Origin: Perkinsus chesapeaki ATCC PRA-425
Taxonomy: Eukaryota > Protista > Perkinsozoa
Reading direction: 5' to 3'
Length of the DNA: 64,000 nt
Assembly: GCA_013115145.1 (NCBI GenBank)
Contig: JAAPAO010000121.1
Span: 6,392 to 70,391 of the forward strand
This document shows, in pieces, positions 23,801 to 34,678 of this stretch. Position 1 is the stretch's first letter. Each line of letters opens with the position of its first letter. The position numbers were made by a program, and so were the translations under genes. The notes beneath the pieces were generated by a model that had not been told where the DNA came from, did no database searches, and saw nothing but the letters and a program-made list of their open reading frames with translations.

Positions 23801-26800
23801 CGCATTGCACTGTACTTCTCTGATGCATAGTGAAGTGCAGAAAAGGCGTTGAGTGATTCGTTTAGTCGAGAAGCTTGGCTAAGATTCATTAGGCTAAGGG
23901 AGAGACTGAGAACAACCCTAGACAGCTTCCGAACTATCTTATCTCTGCTAGTTCCGAGCTGGCATATACTCCTAATGCCGTTTGTCATACTGAATGGCAT
24001 GAATTCTTTAGGTCCTCCATAGCTGCCCCGGGATCTGTTTCAAACACTGTCACGCGCCATTCTGTCCATCACTGGTATTACTAACCAAACAAGATGGGGC
24101 AGTTCGGCAGGTAGGATCACACTCTCGTGGCTACCCTCTAGCGATTAGTTTTAGATCGACCTTCGCGAGGCACCCCCTCCGTCACTGGAGAATCGAGGGC
24201 GCGGCGGAGGAGTGGTGAGTTGCAGAGTCGATTTGTTCTTCGTAACACAATTTCTCACAGCTGTAGATCTTAACGCAATTTCAAGTTCAGACCACTCATT
24301 GGCGATCATTAACCGTACTTGGAGGAATGAGTTCGATATTTTTTTGACCATAAGAGCGAGCTTGCCCAAACAGTTTCTAGAATGTTTCATACTGGGAACA
24401 CGTTCAGCGAAGCGGTCGATTGTATCTCGTGCCATCTTGTCCTCAGTCACTGAGGCTCAGTGGGAAGTTGCATAGCCACTTCGCTATTCATAAAGGGAAG
24501 AAATGTTAGTGATTCCTACGATTCGATTATCTCAAGTTCGGACCGTATCTCTGATACCATTCCACCTTGGTGGAAGTTACCATCGCCTTCACGTAGCATT
24601 CGATCATAGCGAATGGGTGTGCCGAGTCTGTGAGAGTGGGAACCTGGAAGTGATATGGTCCTCACTGAACGACAGAGAACTGCGGATATCTTATATCTAT
24701 TCGGGTGAACTACATTTAACGCATTTCTTCATTTTCAGCGTCTCTTCAATGTTAATAACTTCCAAGAACCATCATCGCGAGCTGTCAACATGTCCACGGT
24801 AGGATCGACGCATCACCACGGTGTTATCACTATGGTTATGGTCTCATCTTCGAATCCTTCGCCCCGTCTGTTGTCCCGCGGTCAGTTGCATACGACAGGT
24901 TGCTCTACTAGATTTATTCATTTGTCTTCATAGCATCCACAAATTCATATAACACTACTTTACGGTGAGATTGTAGTACTAGAATAGGTACAAGTGCGCA
25001 TGCGCTGCACATACCTTCACCAACTGTGTGTTCGTGATTCAAGCGCCTGTCATTCCTTTCTCATGTCTATCAGCTGCTATTAAGATGCTGTCTTCCAGGC
25101 TATCGGATTCAATCCCGTCCAGCCTTACATCTTCGCACTTGGAGAGTGTTCCAAAGTTGTCCGCACCTTTGACATGCGAATGATAAGATCGGCCCTAGAT
25201 TCTGACATGTCACCAGATGTCAGTCAGATGGCAGTGCGGCAATTCTATCCGGAAACTGTGATGGAAGGTAGGAGCCATCAGTTGGGTCTTCCTGCACTTC
25301 TTGCAACAGATGCTACGGACCCGGAGGATTTGGCTTTGTCCGGTCTTTGGTGGTCTCAGAATGGCAGCAGTCTCCTCCTCAACTACAGAGGCTCGGAGAT
25401 GTACGAAATAAAGAATATCGACAAGGTGGGAAATGACGGTTCACAGGGCTTGCTGTATTTGTTTGGAACTTGAATTAATACAAGGTGCATTAATTCAAGT
25501 ATTGTATACCTATTGAGCTGTCAACCTGGCATGTTCATTAACTGAGAAACATACAAAGGAGATGGTGAACTATCAGCTATATGGTGGCCAGAAAACATTT
25601 ATTTCTTCCAGGGGGCTGGCAACCAAGTGCCCTGTTATAGCTATATGATACCGTATGCGCCATCTAGGACGAGGTTTCCTCGACAATCGATTTATACGAT
25701 TTATAGTACAATGAGTTTTCCTTATATTCCGAAATTCCTCTGTTATTTACCTTTGGGATATTCCCTGTCATATAATCCAAGTCCGCGAGTCCAAACTCAC
25801 AAAAATTCCTATCTGCATTTTCGAGCCACGTAACATTTCGTGGAGACTCTTATTGAACCTATCCTGACGATGATGTGTGATAATTGAACTTCGCCTAGGT
25901 TGCGCTATGTCGGCCTCGAATTTTCAATCGCAGGTGGAAGCAAGTTCATCAGCACTGTCTGGCAGCTCTGGTAGCGGTATCGTAGCCGTCGACTCGTCGA
26001 ACATTCGTGTTTATACTGGTAGACGTAACGAGGAGACCTTTGCCAAGGAGTGCTGCATGTTTAATGGAGACAGGTGAGATGGGCACCCGACCAATCAGCT
26101 GTAATGGCAACGCAGCCACGAACAGATACGTTGCGACTGGGGGAGACTGTGGCCACTTGTACATTTGGGATCGGAGGACTCGGAAACTACAGCGAAAAAT
26201 GATGGCCGACAATTTCGTCGTCAACTGTGTCGGTAAGGTTGAGCATGTGAGTTTGGTGCCCAGGCGGGCTCGATATTCCCAGAATGCTTCAACCTAAATG
26301 GAAGATTTCCCGATAACGCCACAACTCTGCGCCTGCTCGATTTTGCGCCCAAATTTGTTTCGCAAATTCAATGGTTTTGCGATGATTTTCAAAGTCCTCA
26401 GTTGATGGAAAGATTCGAAGAATTTATCTTCGGGGAACTTTTTCCCTCCGCATATTGTGCATCCAAGCAAATTCGGAAAACACTTAAACGACTCCGAGTT
26501 GATGACGTTGTGTAGTGAATGACGTACACATATGCCATACATGTTTTTGTTTCATTCGTTCTCCTCGCACTTCAGCCCCTCATCCACTCGGCGAACCCTT
26601 CCTGCTCACTGGCGGCATTGACAACGATATCAAACTGTGGCACGCTGGGGCAGTCCGACGTATACAACCTTCCATCATTTCTTCCTCAGCGGAACATGAG
26701 TAGATACCCTTGCTCGCGACTGTGGCTCTGGCCGGCTGGATGGTACACGGCCAGGCGGCCCCTTGAGAATTCGGATGTTCGGTTCGCACTCGGAGCCACA

Positions 26801-27692
26801 AGTGAGCATCTCCTTATTATGGATAAGAGTCTCTAGCATTGACGGTGGCCTTCATATCCTTTCCCTAGTAGCAACTACTAGTGCCAGGCTAGAACTCGAA
26901 CGCTAGAACAGCAGCCAATTAGAACATTGTTTCTCAAGGTAGAGTCTTTTGTAGCTAGGCGTTCTTTCGCTCAGGGTCCACCGACAATAGTCACTGCAGA
27001 GGAGGTAGAAGGCCGCATAGATCGAGCTAATGCCAAGCGACAAGATGCCAACGAGGCCTTCCGAGAATCACGGTGGTTGGCGTACTAGCTGAAACTTTGA
27101 ATACTTGCCCTGTTTAAGATACGAAACAGCATTGGTGTTATACAGCGAAGTGCTCGACCTTTTGAGGTACAGTTCGACAGAGGAGAGTGAAGATCTTGAA
27201 CGGCAAAGGTACGTCATCATTCCTCTTCCTTTTTATATTTTAAGGGAAGAATAACTTAAGTTACAATTCAGACGCGAGTGCGCCTCCATCACCTACAGTA
27301 ATATGGGTGCATGTCACATAAAGCTGTCCAGTTGGTCAGATGGTTTAGCTGCTTGTAAGTGGTAGAGCATCAATGCAGCATTTCTCCTCGTCTAGGTAAT
27401 TCTGCACTGGAGCTGGAACCGTATCTGCTGAAGGCTATCCTTCGGCGGGCCCGGTGCAAATTTGAGCTGAACGATTATAATGGATGTCGAGATGACTTGA
27501 GCATCGCAGAGCATCATAGAGATATCGGCCCCTCGGGTACCTGCGTTTTGAGGGCTTTCTTAATTCCAGTAGATCGGTTATTGTGTTTTAGGCTTGCATG
27601 AGATTAGGAAACTACGACGCGAGATTAGCAACAAAGAACGGGAGAGTCGCCGAAGAGAACAAGCCTTTTACGCGCGCATCTTAAGAGGATGA
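20803..27692 (+). CDS. DCAF6/DCAF8-like WD40-repeat protein with C-terminal TPR module, many exons, several long introns
   Basis: KLEGHRGCVNTVLWSEDG^SMIVSGSDDKDVRIW, TGHSHNIFCATFVP, VVTCAGDGELR, DGAVRQ^IDLRE, YVATGGDCGHLYIWDR, NCV^APHP..LTGGIDNDIKLW. These are followed by TPR exons (YSNMGACHIKL, ALELEPYLLKAILRRARC) and EQAFYARILRG-stop at 27692. Confidence 0.82.
21537..22406 (-). CDS. GNAT-family N-acetyltransferase with N-terminal hydrophobic leader, nested antisense in intron 1 of the WD40 gene
   Basis: Phase-consistent GT-AG exons: MRLFLVIISLVLAAG..., NVVGFISMGI, GRFGMIKL^VEVSETVRGKGIGTRLLQYSIEQ (motif A) ^GRKTSDILALALQVDDGNAGAIKLYKRSGF (motif B). Stop position assumes no further intron. 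Confidence 0.8.
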
Positions 27693-28391
27693 GCATTTTA
27701 AACAATATTGCTTGATTTTCTAATATCATTGATCCTCGTTTCTCGTTATTTGGTTTTTGCTTGTCAATCTTGCCGTATTGTCACTCCCCGGTGACACAGC
27801 CGCTGTACTACCGAGCCTGGGAAATGGAGACCTTACTGACCTAAGCGAAAATGATCTCGTCACTTAGGATCCCTCAAAGTATTCTCTTAGACAGTTTTAC
27901 TTAGGATTCATCGATTGGAACAAACTCGAGATTGTCATCGCCCGTTGTTCATTGCCTATTGCCTATTTCATCTCATTTACACTAATCTACTTACGACGAC
28001 TCAAGAGGGTGACGAGATATGCGCAGCGCCATATCAGCCGAGGCGCGGCCGTCTAACATAATGATCTGCCATGCCAAAGCATGCCATGCTATCGGCGGCT
28101 TCATAGAGGTTGCAGCTACTCCGTCGAAAAGTCGCTGACGAGCGGACTCTCCAGAACGTACAATCTTACAAAGAGCCCGATTATCAACTGCTAATGACAT
28201 AATAGCTCATTGCAGTAAGCGCCGCGGTCTCCTCACGGAGCATGGCGCCGCGCGACGTCACGTCCAAGCCGATGTCGCGTCTAAGTGGATGTCACCATTC
28301 GAGTCATCGCTCCGGACCCCTATGGGTGGTTGCAGTTAACGGAATTGTTATCTCTCTCAGCATTATCCTCTCATATTGCTCTCCATTTTCC

Positions 28392-29846
28392 ATGCAATCA
28401 CTTCTCCCTACCCTCCTCATCTGGTTCGCCATTGGTCAGACTACCCGTGGTCAACGGACTATCCTTTCGGTCCTTTCTAATGACTCTATGATAGATGTCC
28501 GCCATATTCCACAGCGCCTTTCTCTGGCTGGCATCCCAACATCTCCGAAGTCAGACAAGGTCGTAGCGTTTCTCTCTGCTGCCTCTATCGAGACCCTAAG
28601 GTTCGCCGGATGCCAGATTGCTCCGACGTCGGTTTCTACTGTGAGGAGTGACGAGCTTTGCGATTACCTGCATCTAGCTAGCCATCACATGCCGCATCTC
28701 TCGGTCGCTTGCGGCGAGGATGCTGAAGTAGTTGAGTTGGTGAACCGCGAGCGGCAACATTCCAACCAACCAACCACTACAAGTACCGCGCAGCCCACCA
28801 CCCCACGATCGACGACAACAACCACATCACAGCCTCCTCGGCCAGCGCTCGATGGTGAGCTGCATGTCAATGACGCACATGTACGGTTCCAGAAACACCT
28901 TGCACGCATGAAAATGGGAGATGTTTGGGATCTTGTGAAGCAGTATCCACGACGTAATGTGACCGTTGCGGTGATCGACGAAGGAGTTGACTTCACCGAC
29001 CCTGACCTGGCTCATTTGCGAAGTACCTTCACGAGGAGCGATGGCAGAGTTATCGATGGTGGTTGGAACTTCGTTGACAACAGCTCCTCTCTCGCACTTG
29101 ACGATTATCATGGTCAGTATATTAGTCGTATAATTGGGGCTCAAGCGAATAACTCATACGGAATAGTCGGAGTTGCACCCGACCATGTCCGCCTTGTATC
29201 TTTACAGGCCTCTGGCATTAATAATACCGGCACCGTAATCGATGTCATAGAAGCTCTCGACACGGCGATGGACATTGGAGTCGATGTTGTGTCACTATCT
29301 ATGGGCTTCCAATTCACGAATGACTCTGTCATCTCGACAGTATTTCTCACTTTTGCCTTGAGAAGGGCCGAGGATCGAGGAATAATTGTAGTATCTGCTG
29401 CTGGTAACGACAATACGGATGCGGAGCGGTACTATCCTTGTGCATACAGCACCCCAAGCTCCATTTGTGTAGCCTCCCTCAGTGATGAAGCAGCTTACAA
29501 TCTTTCCGATTATTCTAATTACGGTAACCGTGTCGATCTGGCTGCGTTTGGCGATAACATCTACGCTGGTCCTAATGCCGTCGGTAAACATTACTTGGTC
29601 TCTGGTACATCCTTCGCTGCTCCAATGGTAACCGGCGCAGCTGCCATCCTACTGTCTATGGGAGCTGAGCGATCCGTGGTTAAACGTTTACTACTTGAGG
29701 GAGCTGATCACTTCGATTCTCCTGGTCGACCACTAAACCAAGCTGGTGGCGCTCTCAATATTTTAGAATCGGTTAAGCGAGTGATCGGCATGTATAGTCT
29801 CCGTCCTATAAATGAGCAGGCGCTCAATCTTCGCGGCCGGGTCTAG
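28392..29846 (+). CDS. S8 subtilisin, long (type B: signal, about 100-aa pro-region, Thr-rich linker), intronless
   Basis: VAVIDEGVD, YHGQ, AAGNDN and SGTSFAAP motifs. Likely ATG (MQSLLP) is at 28392. Confidence 0.9.
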   Translation: MQSLLPTLLIWFAIGQTTRGQRTILSVLSNDSMIDVRHIPQRLSLAGIPTSPKSDKVVAFLSAASIETLRFAGCQIAPTSVSTVRSDELCDYLHLASHHMPHLSVACGEDAEVVELVNRERQHSNQPTTTSTAQPTTPRSTTTTTSQPPRPALDGELHVNDAHVRFQKHLARMKMGDVWDLVKQYPRRNVTVAVIDEGVDFTDPDLAHLRSTFTRSDGRVIDGGWNFVDNSSSLALDDYHGQYISRIIGAQANNSYGIVGVAPDHVRLVSLQASGINNTGTVIDVIEALDTAMDIGVDVVSLSMGFQFTNDSVISTVFLTFALRRAEDRGIIVVSAAGNDNTDAERYYPCAYSTPSSICVASLSDEAAYNLSDYSNYGNRVDLAAFGDNIYAGPNAVGKHYLVSGTSFAAPMVTGAAAILLSMGAERSVVKRLLLEGADHFDSPGRPLNQAGGALNILESVKRVIGMYSLRPINEQALNLRGRV

Positions 29847-32059
29847 TACTCGTATTTACTACAACATGCCATCTTAGGATGTTAAGCAGACTGGCGTTTT
29901 GGCAGGAGATGCCGCAAGGCCTCTAGATCCCGATGAAGGGTAACTTACCCTACTTATTTTTCTAGTATAGTATTTCCCGTCCATTTAGGTCGGATAGTAC
30001 GACGAATCCTCGATATTTTTTACTGCCATTCTGTCTTCATCGAATGAGCTTTTCGTGTTGTTGGTAAATACCGGCCGTGATTGATGAACAGTTCTAATCT
30101 CGAGTTGATACCCTCGTTGAGTACTTTTTTAGTATTAGTAAAGTAAAAGCACTCATACGATGTACGCCTTCACGTGGCGGCTCTTTCAAGGGTTTTTGCC
30201 ATTTCTAATCCCGATTCAAGCTTCCCAGCCCACCAAACTCGCCTCTTACGGCTCCGAGACTCTGGTATTAGAACTACTTACTGTATTTTCTGTAAAGGAT
30301 ACCATATCTTCCAGCCTTTTCCAAAGTGCGCAAGTCACATACCACCAGCTGCAAGTATCTACTTCCCAAGTTGAGAGATATGAATTCCGTATTATGAAAC
30401 AGCAGTGCCAGCATGTCCGAGCTCGTAATTTTTTCTCCACGCCGCCTCCTCGGAGATTGTACATCTCACCCGATGCCAAATGGTGGCGATCGCGGCGATC
30501 TGATCGCCCCAGCGTCGGCTATCATTTCTAACAGTGCTGTGCCTTGCGATCGCTTATTTTCTCCTTCCCATCACATACGCGCTCTCTCAGTCTCTTCAAG
30601 AGACTCTCTTGCAGTGAAGACACTGAAGTAGTTAAATGGGAAAACCGTCAATGACACTACCACCAAGCCACTTTCGACTACTACGACGGTAAGATAGCCA
30701 GAGAAGTCACGGTCGGCATCTACAAAAGCAACTACAATCCTTTACTAAGAGGAAACGCTACTACACCACCGTGCTGTCACCACGCATAACGACTACCGAT
30801 GATAAGCTGTATTTCGGTGATGCACGTGACGTGTAGCACATTCACAGCTCATCACTTACTCCATTCGACTGGCTTTGCCGATCCATGATGAATCATCCAT
30901 CCAGTCAGGCGGCCGGACTCCGGCCCTAGGAGACACATCGGGAAGGCTGCGCAGGACTGAGATAACGCTGGTGTTCGAGTCTGGAACCATTGTTATGTGG
31001 GTATCGAGGATGATAAATTCCGGAACACCCGGGAGTATTGCAGCTTCATTGTGAACTTCACAATGTGACGCCTTTCACTCACCCAGATTGGGTGCCAACT
31101 ACTAGCCATCTGCTCCGCCGCGTTAACCCGTCAGTGAGAGCCTCGGTAGACGGCTCCTCGGTCAGTAGCCAATTAGACTCTCTCTGTCTCGGACGGTCCG
31201 AGTCAGACCTCTGGTGTGTGTAGTATACGAAGGATACTGACCAGAAGTTCGAGACTTGAAACTTCGAGTTGCTGAATTACTATGGTCTGCTCCACAAAGA
31301 CCCGCGTCGCTGCTCCGGCGACTGGCGGACCGGGATGCCCGCTTGTCGCGGTATTAGTTGATGAACTCTGAAGAGTAACACAACAAAGGAGCTTGAGCCA
31401 GAATACCAATACTACGACCCTGGGACAATAGTTATAAGCGCACTGACTACACATAAGTTCTGTACCAAACAATGTGTGCGCAAACACAATTACTCCGCGC
31501 AATTAATCGATATTGGGCTCGACAGCTATAAAGGGAATGGCGAAGGTTTAATCCATCGGACAACTCTCCAGTATATAGTAATACCCTTCGGGACATAAAA
31601 AATTGTGGGAGGATCAGCACTATAGCAAGAGGGGATCAATCTGGACCCACAACACGCTCCAGCTTCAGCATAGTGGCGCGTCTCAGTGACGCCATCGGGG
31701 ATTTCGAAACGCTGCAGCGTTATTGTAGTAAGCCTGCAGTATTGCCTTGCCTTTATCATCGGTAAGGCTCTCACCGTAAGGGCATCGAAAGGGTCCATAG
31801 CTGCACATCCGGTAGCGAGTGATGGTGTGCCCAACACACTGCGCAGAACCCCCTTAGATTCCTTGCAGAGAGAAGCGGCTGTTTGTGATGCGCTGGCTCG
31901 CTCTAGAAGATGCCAGTAAGGTGCATCTTGTGCTTTTTAAATGTTCTTTTTTATTTTCCCCACATCATAAGCATGATATCTGTGTGTAAGGCTTCTCCCT
32001 TAACCTCTTCTTCTTGGCAGGGCTGTTTTATCCCCTTTTTCCCGCTCACGCGAGCCTTA

Positions 32060-33586
32060 ATGCAAGCCTTTCTCCCTATACTCCTCATCTGGTTCGCCGT
32101 TGGTCAGACTACCCGTGGTCAACGGACTATCCTTTCGGTCCTTTCTAATGACTCTATGATAGATGTCCGCCATATTCCACAGCGCCTTTCTCTGGCTGGC
32201 ATCCCAACATCTCCGAAGTCAGACAAGGTCGTAGCGTTTCTCTCTGCTGCCTCTATCGAGACCCTGAAGTTCGCTCGATGCCAGATTGTTCCGACTTCGG
32301 TTTCCACTGTTGAAAGTGACGAGCTTTGCGAATACTTGCATCTGGCTGGCCATCGCATGCCGGGTCTCTCGGTCGCTTGCGGCGAGGATGCTGAAGTTGT
32401 TAAACTAGGGAACCGTGAAAGACGTGATCCCCCTACGTCTCGATCGACCACTACGACTACACCTTGGCCAATGAAGCAGCGATCGACCACTACAACGACC
32501 CCTCAACCTACCACACTACAAGCAACCATTACAACACCAACACAATCGATCACGTCACCCGCAAGGGTTGCACCGGCAACGCAGCCTCCTCGACCACAGG
32601 GCGACGATAAGCTGGATGATCCACGTATACATTTCCAGACCCTAATGAGACGCATGAAGATGAGTGATGTCAGGCAACTCATCAAGCAGTATCCACGGCG
32701 TAATGTTACAATTGCGGTGATAGACGACGGGGTTGACTTCAGTGACCCAGGCCTGGCTCCTCTGCGGAGCTCCTTCACCATGAGCGACGGCAGAGTGATT
32801 GATGGTGGTTGGAACTACGTAAATGACAGCTCGACTCTCTCGTTCGATAGCTATCATGGGCAGTTCATTAGCCGTATAATTGCAGCAAAAATGACCAACC
32901 CATATGGAATGGCCGGAATTGCGTCAGATAATGTTCGCCTTTTATCCTTACAAATTTTCGAAGGCAAAAAAACAGGTTCCGTTGGCAACCTGCTGAAGGC
33001 TCTCGATATGGCTATAGATATCGGAGTCGATATAATCTCGCTATCAATGGGTTACCGGTTCACAGCCGATTCTTTGGGGCATTCAAGGCAGCTTATGTTT
33101 ACTATGAGGAGGGCCGAGGAGCGTGGCATTATTCTTGTTTCAGGAGCTGGTAATGATCATCAAAATGCAGGTCGGGTCTATCCTTGCTGGTTCGAAGGTT
33201 CGAACTCTATCTGTGTAGCTTCACTTAGTAACGACGAAGTTTACAATCTTTCGGATTTTTCTAACTACGGTAACCGTGTCGACCTTGCTGCCTTTGGCGA
33301 GAAGATGTACGCTGGTCCCGATGGCGATGGTAGCCTCCCACTGGTCTCTGGTACGTCGTTCGCAGCTCCAATGGTAACCGGCGCAGCTGCCATCCTACTG
33401 TCTATGGGGGCTGAACCATCCGTGGTTAAACGTTTACTACTTGAGGGAGCTGACCATTTTGATTCTCCTGGTCGACCACTAAACCCGGATGGTGGCGTTT
33501 TGAATATTTTTGAGTCAGTTAAGGATGTAATTGGCACGTATAGTCTCCGTCCTATTGATAAGCACACACGCTCTCTCCGTAGCTGA
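32060..33586 (+). CDS. S8 subtilisin type B, tandem paralog of 28392-29846
   Basis: IAVIDDGVD, YHGQ, GAGND and SGTSFAAP motifs. Near-identical N-terminus and a longer Thr/Pro linker. ATG (MQAFLP) is at 32060. Confidence 0.9.
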   Translation: MQAFLPILLIWFAVGQTTRGQRTILSVLSNDSMIDVRHIPQRLSLAGIPTSPKSDKVVAFLSAASIETLKFARCQIVPTSVSTVESDELCEYLHLAGHRMPGLSVACGEDAEVVKLGNRERRDPPTSRSTTTTTPWPMKQRSTTTTTPQPTTLQATITTPTQSITSPARVAPATQPPRPQGDDKLDDPRIHFQTLMRRMKMSDVRQLIKQYPRRNVTIAVIDDGVDFSDPGLAPLRSSFTMSDGRVIDGGWNYVNDSSTLSFDSYHGQFISRIIAAKMTNPYGMAGIASDNVRLLSLQIFEGKKTGSVGNLLKALDMAIDIGVDIISLSMGYRFTADSLGHSRQLMFTMRRAEERGIILVSGAGNDHQNAGRVYPCWFEGSNSICVASLSNDEVYNLSDFSNYGNRVDLAAFGEKMYAGPDGDGSLPLVSGTSFAAPMVTGAAAILLSMGAEPSVVKRLLLEGADHFDSPGRPLNPDGGVLNIFESVKDVIGTYSLRPIDKHTRSLRS

Positions 33587-34650
33587 GTCTATTGCACTCA
33601 TTAGACAACTGCAGTCTTGCTTGATAAAGCGTTTTTATATTTTTCCGAGCCTGAGTGGGACTCTGGCATTCTTATATCCTCGGGTGCGATGACGATCGTC
33701 CGCTTGTTAAAACTGGTAGCTTCGGTGGAGTTGCTCCGCAGTTCTCGAGTATCATGGTAATACTTCTCCATCCATTTGAGTCGGAGTATGTGGAGAATTA
33801 TTTCTCTGGAATACTGTTGCCTATTATCGTTATCGCCGCTTCGTAACTTAAACTGTTGTCATTGTTTGTTAATATTATGCCCCCTACTCGAGCTGGAATT
33901 CTCAGTAAACCTTCTAACGCGGCGCGCGGCGCTCCGCCCGCCCTGTGCTGTCTTTCTCCTTTGGAGTAGCCCGAATGGTATACGTCCTTTGTTGAGGGTC
34001 AGTTTGCGAGGGATAGAGCTTGTCTCGCTCTATTCAACATCCAAACATCGACAACTTGCCGATGTCTGTGGCCCGCCGATGAAAGACCACCGATGAAACC
34101 TGCCCAGAAAGAGAAAATCGTCATAACAGTGGGACTGACGCACTAAGCCAAGATGAAGTAGAACTACCGTTGACCACACTGACAGAGAGGCACTGTCGTG
34201 CCGCACGTCGTGTGCCTCCACTGACAGCATAGAGGCTAGCATATCAGCATGGCTGATACTCACAATGGGAGTCAGTGTGAATCTCACAGGCCTGCAGCTC
34301 AGGATGCTGCGAGTCACAGATTGTGACATCCTACACAGTTCCCGGCCCCCTAAATTTCGGGGCTTGTTATGTCACATAGCTTAGGTGGGGTAAACGAGAA
34401 GAAGTGATAGTACGAGGATTTATCACTCACGAAAGCGTTGCTGCTAGGATCATCCATGATGGACAATCGTAGAATCAAGGATGATCGTGGATGATCCATG
34501 GCCCATAAGTATACAACATCGGCCATGAGATGATAATCTCACGCCCCACGGTGGCCAATTAGCCCCTGCCATAATGTCAGAAGCCATGCTTTGGCGGACT
34601 ATCTGGAGCATCTGGCGATGTTGGTGCCTTAGAGGCTGCTGTAAGAATTG

Positions 34651-34678
34651 CTAGAACCAAACTGCAGTTTGGTTCTAG
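34651..34678. repeat. Perfect 28-bp palindrome
   Basis: ctagaaccaaactg followed by cagtttggttctag, its exact reverse complement. Confidence 0.9.

Noticed and set aside
30160-30631. Overlapping 66-123 aa ORFs between the type B subtilisins
   Set aside because: No homology cues, and several frames are equally open.
31387-31420. Spliced-leader-like tctggctcaag on the minus strand (also ggctcaag near 63945)
   Set aside because: Only the 3' 8-11 nt match, and the cgtag part is at the wrong spacing. Compatible with chance and not at a gene 5' end.
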